In this document: piece by piece, positions 21,831 to 34,597 of the stretch
Numbering within the stretch: the first letter of the stretch is position 1
How the letters are laid out: each line of letters starts with the position of its first letter
Assembly: GCA_013239625.1 (NCBI GenBank)
Contig: MU054001.1
Span: 6,621,078 to 6,685,077, forward strand
Reading direction: 5' to 3'
Length of the DNA: 64,000 bases
Origin: Lama guanicoe
Lineage: Eukaryota
Translations under genes and position numbers: made by a program
The notes under the pieces: generated by a model
Seen by the model: the letters and a program-made list of their open reading frames with translations, nothing else
What the model was told of the DNA's origin: nothing
Databases searched by the model: none

Positions 21831-23340
21831 CGTTAACTCACCCGCACTAATGGCAGGTGAGAACCTCAGACCCACTCTGTCCTGAGCCCCGCCCAGATCC
21901 GCGCCCCCACCCCCATCCCCGGCCCAGACGCTGGGCAGTCGAGCTGGACTGATCTGGGCAGTTTTGACCTTGAATTGAGGTCCTAGGAGGCCGAGGGGTC
22001 AGTGCCCCCTTTCCTCCTGCGAGGGCGGACAGAGGTGGGCAGGCGGACCCGGGCTGCCGAGGTGGGAGGGCGGTGAGCTCCCGTCCCTCCCTCAGGCTGG
22101 AGGCCTCGAGGGCTCAACCCCGCTCACCCCGCGCCCAGCGGCCGCGGGGAGCGAGCCGGGCTCTCCCTTCGGCGCCGGCCTCTCCGAGCCGCGGCTCACG
22201 GCCCAGCGCCGGCTACACAGCGGCGCCCCAGACCCCCTCGCCCCGCCCCAACCTAACGGTCGCCGGCCCCGCGCACCGCCCACCCAGGGTGCGAGGCCGC
22301 GGGCGGGCTCGTCAGGCGATTGGCCGGGAGAAATGAGCCTGGGCTCCCCGCGCCCGCCACTTCAGCGGGGCCAGCGCCGTGGCTGCAGGCGGAGCGGCCG
22401 CTGCCAGTCCCGTCGCTCGCGTCCTCGCTCCTCCGCCCCGGGGCGGTCGATGGGACGGAGCGCCGCGGAGAAGGAGGCGGCGCCCGTCGGGGGGCTAGGG
22501 CAGCGCGGGAGCCTGCCCGGCGGCTTGGGCATGGAGGGCCGCAGGACCTGAGCCCTGCCCCGCGGGGAGCAGCCCAGTAGCCGGCGATGGGGGCCGAGCG
22601 GGGCTGCCGCCTCGCCGGGCCGTGAGTGCCGCGCCTCCGCTGCCGCCTCTTCGCCGCCGCCTTGGCCCCTCTTGAAGCGCCGAGCCGCTCGGGAACATGG
22701 CCCTGGAGCAGCTCTACTCGGTCCTCAAAGGTAAGCGGCCGGGGCCGCGGACGGCGCCCCCTGCGGGCGAGACCGGCGTCTTCGCGTCCCTGCCCGGCGC
22801 TGGGAGCCCGACGCGCCCCTTTGTCTGGCGCGAGCAGACGGCGGAGCCCCGGTGCCCGCCCGGATCGACTCGCTCCCGGAGCGCTTCTCCCCGGCCCTCT
22901 GTGTTTCTGGCAGGCCGTGGCGGGGGACGGGGAGCGCATCGGGACGCGGTGGCCCCCGGGGCCCTCCGAGCTGTGCCCTCGTGCCTCTTCCTCGGAATTC
23001 CGTACATCGCTTTGCAAAGTTGTAGGGTTCGTGTGACTGGAGTGGAGGCCGGTCTTTTTCACCATGAATAACAGAAAGTCATTCCACGCAAACAATAAAA
23101 ACCTCAGCGGAGGCGTCGCGGAGCGGTTCTCGAAAAGCCCCGCGGTGGCGGGCGGTGGAACGGCCTGCCCGCCGGCCGGGTCCCACCTGCTGCGGCCACG
23201 GAGGCTGCGGCACCACTGCGGGCGCCGCGACCCGGCCCGGTCCGGCGCCGCTGCTCGGGGCTGCGCCCAGGCGCTTCCCGGGACCTGGGGATACCCTGCC
23301 GCCGGTGCCTGGTTGTTCTCTATGTGTTGTACCGGGAATT
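21760..23340. promoter_or_regulatory. CpG island / NETO2 promoter, 5'UTR and start of intron 1
   Basis: Very high GC and CpG density against an AT-rich, CpG-poor background; GC box GGGCGG 22301-22306; inverted CCAAT (ATTGG) 22319-22323; no TATA box. Confidence 0.93.
22697..22730 (+). CDS. NETO2: NETO2 coding exon 1 (start of signal peptide)
   Basis: Kozak-context aacATGG; [11 protein letters not shown]; donor AAG|gtaagc. Confidence 0.95.
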
Positions 23341-26300
23341 GAAACAGTCGGCTTGCCAAGTACACAAAAGCTCTAAACATACTATAGCTGCTTTGCATTA
23401 TCCAGGAGGTGTTATTTTAGATTAAAATTTATATAGATAGATAATTAAGATTATGATACAAAGTTGCTTCTGGAAATCGGACTAAATAAATTCTTATTTC
23501 GGTCCTCAGAGGAAAACACCACCACCAATAAAGGGCTTCCCTTTCCCCCTACTGACTTAAAACTGAAAACTGAATAGCTATGTATTTGTAATGTTATGAA
23601 ATATTCCCTTTTTTATATTGGGTAAGGAGTTAAGGCATTGATTAGCAGTATCATATATCGCTTTTCACTGTATCTTGGTATTTGTGCGGTGAAAATGTTG
23701 GTGTTTTTTTCCACTCCATACCAACACTTTTTTCAAATTTGTTTTACTGGAAAATTCAGTATAATTTTGCTTTTAATCTTAATTGCACAAACTATTCTTC
23801 AGCTATTTCTAAATTCATAATTGATATTTCAAAATTTAAGTTTAATTACCCACTGCTATACTTATATGTACAGTTTGTACTATGGTAACCTAGGACTTTC
23901 TAGCTGGTGATTGTTCCCCAGTCATCCCATAGATTCTTAATGATTTCCTCATATATTAAAATTTAAAACTCTGAAATCAATTTCTATGGTCTTTCCTGTC
24001 TGTAACTCCTAATTTATATTACTGTTCCTTGGTAATTGAGATTTTGTTTTACTGTTTCAAAATAAACCATATGCACAGTAGGGTTTCTGATAGTGCTCCT
24101 TATCTGAATTTGCTTTGTTGTTCTGATTGCCTTAGGATGTTCAGCATCATAATGACGTTCCCTCTGAGTAGCCGCCTCTGGGGAGAAATCACGTTGATCT
24201 ATTATAGAGCTTTACCTGCAGAACTTGACGAAACTGAGCTGAATAGGACAGAATCACTGATACTCGGAATGGTGAAGGGTTTTGCATCTTTTCTGCCTTT
24301 GCCTTTGCCGCTGGTACACACTGCCCTCTCTGGCCGCCGTGGTGAAGCATTTAGTTGTCGCACCTTTCAGGCAAGGATTCTGTGGCTGATGGCAGAGCTA
24401 CAGTGAAAACAATGTAGTGTCTGGCTTTTCTTCTTAATGTTACCCAGCCTACACTATTTTTACATGCTGGTGTATTTCCAAAGCTCAAGTTAAATTGTTG
24501 TTGTTAGGCTTACTAGGAAGAAAACAAACTATCTTTTAAGTCTTCTGTAGTTTATGTATATGTGCTTTGTAAATATGGGGAAAAAGAGTCAAGAAATTAA
24601 CAAAAGTTGATTCTGAGAAGAGAATCTGGGAGACTGAGAAACAGGAGTAAAGGGAAGACTTCTGGTTCACTGCACACCCATTTGTATCACTTGATTTTTT
24701 TTAACCAAATGCATGTGTTATACCTATACAAAAATTGATATTTTTTTAATTATCTTTTCAAAAATCTTGGCTTTTCCCAGTGCCACCACTAAACACATGA
24801 AAAAGTAGCCCTTAAGTATCCTATAAGGTAAGTTGCTTCAACATCGAAGTTCTTATCAGAAGCAGTTATTTAACATTTGCACAATTACATATATTACCTA
24901 CTGAAAGCCTTTTTTGGAATATTATGGTCAGTTTGTACTAAAACAAATCAGCTATCATGAGTGTGCGAAATTTTAAGAAGGTAATTTTCTTAAAGATGCC
25001 ACTGATTCTTTCTTTTACTTTCAGCAGTAAGAACAAAAGGATAACTGTATTAGGCTTTTAAATCTTTCATATATTGTTAAAATTGAATAATTCACTTCTG
25101 CTTATGATCACTCCAGGCCTTATAAAATTTGACTTACCTTCTATCAAAGTTAAGTAAGTATCATAGTCACATGAAAATATTACATTAGATTTATAAAACA
25201 TTTTTTACTGGATTTCACATTCGTTCTGCACATTTGCTTCAGGAGAATTCTATTAGATGTAGTTACATTTACATCTGTTAAAACTGTGGTTAAATTTATG
25301 GTGTTATAGTGCACCATTGGCACTATATTTAAAAAACTTTATCTGAGACTTTGACAAATATTAAACTCCTGTCCTTCATTCTTAAGCTTCATCCAAGAAA
25401 GTAAAACCATACAGAAATAAGTATTGTACCAAAGAGCTATCCCTTTAATAGGGAAGTTTTTAAACATAGCCTTGTTAAAAATTAACTTTTTGGCTGCTTT
25501 TTCCCCCTGGGAGTTGGAGAAAATGTTTCAATACTAACATTTGAAAAGCCTGACTAAACGATGGTTTTATTATAGTAAATCCTCAAGTTGAATCTAGTTT
25601 ATCTATGTTTTGAAACCAAACTCACCTTTTAGGAAAAACATGTAGCCCTGTAATGCAGGCACATGTTCATTACAAAACAAGTTCAAATCAAAGCCATTTT
25701 CAGTCCTTTTAGGAATGAGATAGAAGAAAGATAAATTTTAAGTAAAGTTCACATCTAAAAGTCTAAACAATCCAAGTTCTGCTCTTGGTTACTACCCATT
25801 CAGCACAATCCCCTGTGGTTTAAAAATTTATGCTCCTGCAGAGTAATTGTTGATACTAAAAAAAAAGTGTGTCCCTGAGACACTTTGAGATCCCAGTTAT
25901 TGTGGTCTTTGAGTCGGAACAGGGATCCTAAAAGGTGATGTAACCAGTGGTTTCCAAATTTCCCTTAACAGAACTCCCTCAGAGGAACTCTTATAAGGGG
26001 TTATTTAAAAACTAAACAAAAGCAGCAGATGAGAGCAAGGTTGCTCTAATTGGTGAGGGTCTTACCCTCTGAGTCCCTCAGGAGAATGGCTCCTGAAAAA
26101 CTGACACTTTTTTTTTATAGCATGTTTGTTATACTGCTCACAAAATTACAGGGTGTACTAATCTGAAAGCTCAATTCATTCCAGACATTAGGTTGGTTTA
26201 AACATGCCTAGAGTAATATATTGGAAATAACAGCCTTAGTGGGTAAGAGATAGCAAATACTCCCTAAAATGTGACCTGGTTGTGTGAAAATCTGATGGCA

Positions 26301-26994
26301 GCTGCTGTGGATGCCTGAGGAAGACTTCTGTGTGATCAGAGCATGCAGAACCCCGTCTCAAGGACAGCCCCATTCTGCAGGAAAGAGAGCCACTTCTGCT
26401 ACAGTTCCTCTTTCTTACAATAGATGGGCAGTGTGATTAGCATATGGAGACTAGAGTGCTCCCAAATTTCGCCAAAATCCATCTTCTTTCTTAACTAAAA
26501 AGTAGAATTAAATTTGATTAAATGAGGCTGCTTTTTTGTTCTCTGGAACACAGTTGATTGAAAACAAGTTACTACTACCTCAAGTAGTATGTGGACTCTA
26601 ACTGAACTCCATTCTGCTTTCATTATGGAAAAGAGTAAGGAGCAGGGAGACCAGTTAGGTGGTCACAATCGGGACTCTCATGATAGATTTACCAAACCTT
26701 ATGTTTACCGCTCAGATGCTTAAAACAGGAAAGCTCAGAAAGAGGTACGTTTCATTTTTAATGAAGGTAAATTGAGTCAGCTTGAGAAAAGTAACAGGAG
26801 TAGCATATGTTAAAGGGGGAAAAAAATCAGTTCTTTTTCTGTGCCCTGCCTTATGCTCAGATAAAAGGCAGCTAGGTCGTGTATGTGGCTACTGTTAACC
26901 AAGATGTGTGCTTGCTAATTTGTTAGCGCAGGCCTCCCTGTACTCTATGTTGTAGCTACAAAGAAGATATAATCAGGGTTATGCTTAGTCACTT

Positions 26995-27500
26995 CATGCA
27001 TTCATCTAATTTTTATTGAGTGCTGTGGTGGACCAGCCAGCCTTCTAGTCACTGAAGAAGCATCCGTGGATCAGAGAGACTCAGTCCCTCTTTCCAGTTG
27101 GAAGAGACAAATAATAAACAAGCAAAAGAAAATAGCAGATAATACAAGTAATTAAAATATGATTTATGTAATAAAACAGGATGGAGAAAATGTAGAGCTG
27201 CTTTAGTGGTTGGAGAAGCCTCACAATACCTTACTGATGGGAGGGAACCAGCCGTGCAGGGAGTCTCGCGGAAGAAATAGCTAGTCCCTAAGGTGGGAAT
27301 TAGCTAGTGTGTTGGAGTAACCGGAAGAAGGCCAAGAACATGGTCAGGTGCCAGAGCACATGGGACCCCTGAAGTCAGAGAGGAGTGTGTGTTTATTCTA
27401 AATGTAATGGGACTCTTGGAAGATGTTATGAAAGGCTGTGATATGATCTGATTTAATGTTTAGAAGGACCACTGGTTGCTGAGTATAGAGCAGGCAATAG
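26995..27500 (-). mobile_element. L2 remnant
   Basis: cattcatctaatttttattgagtgc tail; tgtgatatgatctgatttaatgtttagaaggaccact. Confidence 0.75.
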
Positions 27501-27504
27501 GGGA

Positions 27505-28030
27505 CTATGGCAGAAATAGCCAGTTTCTCCCAGTATCCATTTTACCTTTCAGTAATTCTCCGAATTTTAAGCACACAATCACCCAAGTAAGTACTAGATT
27601 TTCCAGCTTTCCTTAGGGTTAGGTATGGCCATGTGACAGATGTGTGTGCAACTTTGGGAAAGTGGTAGTGGTTTTGTAGTTCAGTTTTAAGGTTTTATTT
27701 TGCGATCATTGCAGATTCTGGGCAAATGTTCTTAAAGGAAGGAGGAAGGCCCTGTGGCATTTCTTCATTCTTGCTGAAAGTAATGCAGATACAACACCTG
27801 GCACTCCAGCATCTATACTGGACCGTAAGATGACTTTGGAAGTGAAAGTCACACACAGCTGAACAATACAGTAGAAGGAGCTTAGGTTCCTAGTAATGGT
27901 GTAGCCCTCACTGTAGCCCTTGACTGCTTATCTGCACAGTTTGTTTTACTTGATAGAGAAATATAGTCTATCTTGTTTAAACTATTAGTTTAGGTTTTTC
28001 TATTACTCTAGCCAAACCTAACGCTAGCAT
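27505..28030 (+). mobile_element. Old MaLR LTR (MLT1H/J/K-like)
   Basis: ccttagggttaggtatggccatgtgac; gagaaatatagtctatcttgtttaaactattagtttaggtttttctattac. Confidence 0.7.
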
Positions 28031-28428
28031 GTAGGAGGGTGTAAAATCAATGAAAGAAACAAAACCAGAGAGAGAGAGCCAGTGAATAGTCACAGAAGTG
28101 AAAAGTCTGAATGCTAATAAAATTAATCTTGAGAGAATTCCTAGAAAAAGTAGGTTTTTAACAGAGTGAAGATAATTTTGTAGAAGCAGAGGAAGTCCCT
28201 GGCAAGTGCAGGTGTTCAGAAACCAGAAGTATTTGTAGGGACTTGATGAGAATATATATATACACATAGTTGGTAGAGCATTCACCAGCGTTTTCACAGC
28301 ATCAACTCCTTTGTGCCTACCCTCTGCCCTGCCCCACCCGTCTTGGCCCACACTGGCCCCACTGTCACCAAAGGAGAAAGCGGGTAGCCTTGTTCTGTTC
28401 CTTTCAGTGTCCTGTCACTCTCCTATTG

Positions 28429-28614
28429 CAGTGGTCTTCAAAGTGTGGTCCCAGAACCAGCAGCTTTAGCATCACTAGGGAACTTGTTAAAATGTGACTT
28501 CTTAAGTCTCACCCTAGACCTGCTGCATCAAAATCTCTGGAAGTACTCCCCCTTCATCTGTGTTTTAATAAGCCCTCCAGGTGATTACGATGCACACTAC
28601 AGTTAGAACTGCTG
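28429..28614. mobile_element. MER5A (hAT-Charlie)
   Basis: cagtggtcttcaaagtgtggtccc...tgttttaataagccctccaggtgatt. Confidence 0.88.
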
Positions 28615-28629
28615 TCCCAGGGATTCAGT

Positions 28630-29750
28630 TCTCAAACCTGGAAGTAGAATTGCTGAGTGGGTTTGTACATTTTTAAGCCTTGCTACATATACCAGATTAA
28701 CCTCCTCAGTGCCGTGCCAGTTTACAGCCCAGTGGCAGTACAAGTCAGTTTCTTATATCCTGACCAACACTAGAATCTGCTTTTTTAAAAAAATATATTA
28801 GTAATGCTGAATTTCTGCATTGTTTTGTCTTTTTGGCACATCTTTCTGGTGGCCTAATCTTTTTTCTCATTTATTTATAATTTTTGTTTATGTTTCTGTC
28901 TTTAGTAAATGAAAGTGTTCTCCACCCAAAAGTATAAATATAATTCACCTTTTTTTTCAATCTGGTATTTATTTTTCTATTTAGCTTGAAGTAGGGATCT
29001 ACTTTTTTCCTAAATAATTAACAGGTTATCCCAGAACCATTTATTAAAACTGTCCTCTCACCAAGTGTTTCAAATATCACATATATCATAATATATTCTG
29101 GTGGATGGGTGTGTGTGTGTGTGTGTGTGTGTGTTTAACTGTTTCTGAGCTTTTTCTTTTTTTCCATTTTCTTATCTGAAAGCCCCTTAGTTCATTGTAA
29201 TTCCAAGGACTGACTCACTGCCTGTAATACAGTGGGTGCTAGTGGTATTTAACTGACAGATTATCTATTTCTTCCTCCACTATTGCTAATTTTAAAATTA
29301 TTGTAGCTTTACAATAAGTATGTTATTTTTATGTATTTTACTTTTTTGTGTTTTCCTTGGTCAGTATAAAAAAGTCTTCAAGATGAGCACCAGAAGTATT
29401 TTAAATACAAAAAAAGCCACTAATATTTTGACTAAAACATTATTAAATATTGTATAACCTACCGGGATGAATGGTTACCTTTACATTGTTTTACTGTCCA
29501 AAACGTATTACTTCTCCATTGTATTAAATTTATTACTTGTTTGTTTTAGCCTTACTTGCTTCCCTTAATAGGTGTAATCATTTTCCAAGTAATTTTCTTG
29601 GGACTTCTAGGTTTTAAAATAACATTGTCTATAAATAATAATTTTGTCTCCTTTCCAGTATTTATTGCATTGGCGAGAATTGCCACTATTAAGTAACAGT
29701 GGAAAGAAAAAACCTGACCTTGATTTTTGCTTAATGAAAAGTAGGGCATT
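28630..29750 (-). mobile_element. Highly degraded ancient L1 (L1ME-like) with (GT)n at about 29109-29134
   Basis: Antisense ORF2/3' motifs (cctggaagtagaattgctg; cccagaaccatttattaaa). Confidence 0.65.
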
Positions 29751-31329
29751 AAACTAGAAGGCCTGGACACAAGACTATGGGTGAACTATTATGACAGTGA
29801 TTCAGGGTTATAAAGAGGTAGAATAAAAGGAGTAGCTTTGAGGATTTGTCTTTAATACCTTGAATAGCACGTGTCTGTATCATTTAGGCTTTTGTTTTTC
29901 AGGCAGATCTGTGCACTAGTTATTAAAAGCCTAAACTAACCTCCAGAGCCAGAGGTAAGTTCATAAATGGCGGGCACTACCTGTTCAAGCATCCCATCAC
30001 AAGCAGTTCTCTGCATAACCCAGCTGTGTGACATGGAGTTTAGAATTTTATTTTGGCGTGGATTTCTGCCTTAAAGAATTATTGCCTTCCTGGGTGCATC
30101 ATCTTTGAATTCAACATGTGAGGTGTTTCTAGATTTGAGAAATTATTGATCCTTTGGAACGAAGGGAACAAGTGGCACTTAGGTGATGGGAGTGAGGACA
30201 GAACAGAGCGCCGCAGCACCGTTCACATAGTGGGTAGTTCCAGGGTTTGTGTGACTGTCTCAGCCTGATTATAGCAAGCAGTTTACAAAGATCTTATTAT
30301 ACAACTAGGAAGAAACTGTGTTCATTATGATATGGAATGTAGAATGATTGAGAGTCACAGCTGTAGCACCACGGCTGTCACTAATGTTTCTATCCCTAAC
30401 TGTTGTACAGATTTGCCTTACTTACATGTCATTTTTAAAAATCAGAGGCACAGTTCATTTGGTTGATTAAGTTATGAATAGTTTTTTTTTTAACATTTGG
30501 GGAAAAAAGTTGTGAGCAGCCTCCTAAAGTAGAAAAGAGTAATAAGGTTATTTGGTCTTGTAACTTTATTTTTAATATGATTGTTCTACCTTAGTGCAAA
30601 GTTCTGTTCTGTGCAAATTTCATAAATCAGATGTGTTACACAGCCAAGTTTTTATTAGTCATTATATGATTTTCCAAGCACAATTCATCTTTTTGCTATA
30701 GTTTTACTGTTTCTCTCCTGGTTTCAGTTTGTTGATTTCTTGCTTTCCCTATCTGCCTGGCTTTGTGTTACTTGCTTATATACTGTGAATTATAAATGTG
30801 AAAACTAGTACATTATTATGCCTGTGATTCAGGAGGAAAGATAGACTGAGTACAAAATTTTGATCAGTTGTGTATCATCTGAATGGGATGACACGCCTTG
30901 GGAAACAGTGTCCTCTAACAAGATATATAGATACAAATGGTTGTGTTATTTGCTGAATTGTCAAATATCTAATATTACCCTAGGTTTTATTTTTGATCAG
31001 AAATCTTTTTTAAAAAAATTTTTTTCAAGACTCCATTCCTCTAACTCTGACCCAGTACAGAGATGTGAAGAGTTTGAAGGAAGGATTGTTCCAACGTAAC
31101 AGGAGACCTTCAATATTACCAGCAGCCAAAGAAGGAGAGGGAAAATTAAAATTGTTGAGATAAGACGGTGGTGACAGAGGTCAGCAAGGATGTAGGAAAC
31201 CAAAGATGAATATGTCAAATGATTAGATTATGAGACATAAACAACTCTTTGTACATTGGTGACTTGGGTGGTAGATACTGTGTATATGATGCTGAGTGAA
31301 CAGTGGCTTGACCATCTGCCAGTCACAGA

Positions 31330-32240
31330 ACTAGCAGCTTCTTCAGTGCCTCTGTCTCCCTCACCCCTAACATCCTTTAAGTCACCAACTGCAGTTGATC
31401 CTGCATCTGAATCACGTTATAAATCTCTCCTCCTTCTCGCTTCCATTATTGCTCTACTTCAAGACCTTATCATCTTTGCTTCCTGAGTGACCTCTCTTCT
31501 CAAAAGCTTAGACTCTACACAGCCATCAGGATTATTGGTCTGAAGCACAGATGTGATAATGTCACTCTCTGGGTAAAAAACATACAGTGATTTCTCGTTA
31601 TAGTCAACAGTCCAGACTCTTTAGTGTGGCATTCACGACTTCTTAGAATCAGGTCTCATCCTACTGTGTGTGAGCTGATCAGTCACTTTTCCCCTCCACG
31701 TGCGAACCGTACTGCCTACTCAGCGTTTGGTAACACCTCCTAGAGAGAGGTGCCCACGCCACCATGTTTTTGTCTAAGCTGTTTCTTTCTCCTTCTCCTG
31801 GGGAGAAGTCCTATAAGGTCCAACGAGAATATACCTTCTTTTTGTAAAGTTTTCCTCATTCTCTTCCTTTTTACCTCCAGCTGAATGAACGCTTACCTTT
31901 CCTGCTTCCAAAGTGCTTTCTTTGTAACCCCTGTTGCATAACCCCTGTTGAAGTTCTTTTCACCTCGTGTTGTGGATTGTCTTTGACCGTAGGGTGACTC
32001 CTTAAGGATGGTAGTTTGTCGTCAGAGCTATCACTTATTTAGTAGAATGCCTAGCGCATAGGAAGTGCTCTGTGCATCACCTCATTTGATCTTCACAACC
32101 CTGTGAGATTGCTGTTAGCACAGCATTCCCATATTACAAGTAAACTGAGCTGAGAAGGCCTCACAGCTGGTACAGAGCAAAACTCGAACCCCAGCCTAGA
32201 TCCACCTAACTCCTAAAGTCTGTTCTCTTAACTGTTCTGC
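31330..32240. mobile_element. L2 remnant (about 31330-32070) followed by an antisense MIR (about 32075-32240)
   Basis: L2 gaatgcctagcgcataggaagtgctc tail; MIR cctcatttgatcttcacaaccctgtgag...aaactgag. Confidence 0.72.
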
Positions 32241-33037
32241 TGTGTTTCTTCCCTGCTCCAGCCCATATATCCTCTGTCCCTGCTCTCCGGCAGGTGCTCT
32301 GTACATGCTTACTGACTGAAGGAGTGATACAAACTCCAGTTCCCACAGGAGGCTGACAGTGTGATTTCCATTGAAAGGAAGAGTGAAAGATACCAGTGTA
32401 CCATTTGTGAAAATAAAATGTTTAAAAGAATCTTCAAAATACAAACATACACAAAGCAATTCAATATATTGTTGATTGGGTATCAGAAATTTTAAACTTA
32501 GGGAAAAAAAGCTCCAGTTTCTAAATAATGCTCGCTTTTGTAACACAGGCCACAGCATAGTGCTGCACAACTATAGGGTGTCTTGTACTGATTTCTGGGA
32601 AACTGCTGCCCCCTTACTTCTGTCTTTATTATGAATGTTCTCAGAAGTCAAATAATCTAATTGAACTTTTACTACATAATACATTGGAAAGGTAGCCATA
32701 ATGTGTGTAAAGTCTTTGAGGAGATGGAGTACAGTAAATACAGGATAATTGGGGTCAGTCAGCACAGTGTGTTGCAAAAAAAAGTGTGTGTTTTTTAATT
32801 CATCACAAATTGAAAATGTGCTATTAGTGCTTGTATAAATGAGTACAAAGGGTTTTGGGGAGTTAAGTGTCAAATAGTAACTTTCATAACATTTAACCCT
32901 TAAAAATCTTGAGAGTGAATGTTAGTAAGTAATAGGGATTTTAGTTCATCTTTTTTGTCATCTGATTTTTCTTATAAATTCAGTAAAATCTGATGTAGAT
33001 TCAACTTTTTAACTTTTCTTCTCTTTTATTTCTCTAG

Positions 33038-33094
33038 TGTTGTTAATAACAATACTTGTAGTGGAAGGGATTGCTGTGGCCCAAAAGACCCCAG
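33038..33094 (+). CDS. NETO2: NETO2 exon 2 (signal peptide)
   Basis: ctctag|TG...CCAG|gtaaag; (V)[18 protein letters not shown]. Confidence 0.95.
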
Positions 33095-34123
33095 GTAAAG
33101 TACTTAAGGTGCTAATTTACTGCATGTTCAGGACAGTGGGATGGCGTGTTAGAAAGGATTGCAACTTTTGAGTACTATTTCCATAATCCCTCTGGGGGTT
33201 CCAGTGACCTCAGGCTTTCTGTCCACCTGTCAGCCTCGATTCATTCGGGTTCAGCTGCAGTTAACTAGAGTAAATTGTCAGTGTAAAGTCTTACCCTGAC
33301 ACAGTTTTTAAATTGGCATAACTAATGACTCCTAGCACACTATGGATTAGGTCCAAAAATTAAATGAGATTCATGCTTTATCACTAAGCAAAAAAAAAAA
33401 AAAACAAAAAAAACCCTTTTCCAATGTAGACAAATGAAACATCTCCATCAGTATCTTGTTCAGAGCCCTACGGACCTGTTCCAGTTGTCCTTGCTTATGA
33501 AAGAGGATTAACTAGTGTGATTTATGAACCAGATTTTCATGTCAGAATTTAGTAGATTTCCTAAATAACCTGATTTATTTTTATTTTCATCAAAGTTATA
33601 CATACAGATGACAAAAATCAAAGCATTCTTAAAAGTTAATTAAGAAAAGTCTGTCCCCTACCCCCCTTTTCCATGGAGATAACCACTCTTAGCTGGCTCC
33701 TTTGGTATTAAATAACATACTGTCCTGTTACTTCTTAGTTATTTCAGGTTCAGGTATTAGATAATGTTTTTCCCACCGTGAAAGATGAGAATTCACGCAA
33801 GTGTTCTTTTAACCTTCTGCCTGTAGCACCCACGTCAGTATAGTAACACCGTAATTCTGGTTATGTCCGCTCAGGATTTACACTGACTCAACCATTGCGC
33901 TTTTTCAGTATGAAACTTTTGTCTCTGGGTTTAGGAAATTTTTCTTTCTTTTTTTTCTTGTTTAATTTTTTAAAATTCCCTTTTGTCCATTCTCTCTCTT
34001 CTGTCTTTAAGGAATGTCTATTGTTTGGTTACTTTTTTCTTTTAATCTTTCTGTTTTCCATTTCTCTTTTTATTTTGTCTTCTCAGTAGTCTTTGTTGAG
34101 ACTTCCTCAGCTTTATCCTCTAA

Positions 34124-34323
34124 ACCAAGAATTGGAAAACATTTTCTGTGAGGGCCAGACAGTAAGCGTGTAAGACCCTGCAGGCCCTTAGCCTCAGGAG
34201 CAGCTCTCCCTGCTGTGGGGCGACAGCAGCCGTGGGCAGTCCCCACGTGAGTGGACGTGAGCGTGTTCCGGGAGACTTTATGTGCAGTAGCAGGCAGCAG
34301 GCCATACTTCGTGGACTTCTGCA
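34124..34323. mobile_element. MER58A-like (hAT-Charlie)
   Basis: ttggaaaacattttctgtgagggccagacagtaa...gcagcagccgtgggcagt. Confidence 0.8.
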
Positions 34324-34421
34324 CTAAACTTCTTATTTTTTTCATTTCTTCTATTTTTAGAGACTTTGTTTTCTGAATATTCTCTTCCTAGAGTATGCCT
34401 TGTTCTTGTTTTACGGATCTA

Positions 34422-34597
34422 CAGCTGGCCCTTGAGCAATGCAGGGACTAGGGGTGCCGACCCGCAGGTAGTAGGAAACCCGCCTGTGACTTGACAATCC
34501 CTCCTCACGGTTCCGCATCCTCAGGTTCAAGCAGCTGCAGACCCTGTAACGCAGAAGTGGACCATTGCAGTTCAGACCGTGTTGTTCAAGGATCAAC
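34422..34597. mobile_element. Tigger2-derived MITE
   Basis: TA|cagctggcccttgagcaa...gtgttgttcaaggatcaac. Confidence 0.82.

Noticed and set aside
22754..22767. CTCF-like GCGCCCCCTGCGGG just after NETO2 exon 1
   Set aside because: A plausible match, but such motifs arise readily by chance in a CpG island.
22253..23398. 381-aa minus-strand ORF and other overlapping ORFs in the CpG island
   Set aside because: Low-complexity Arg/Pro/Ala/Gly products expected from stop-poor GC-rich DNA; no recognisable domain.
30364..30380. AGCACCACGG resembling an RE1/REST site in NETO2 intron 1
   Set aside because: Only part of the motif matches; the GGACAG half is not intact.
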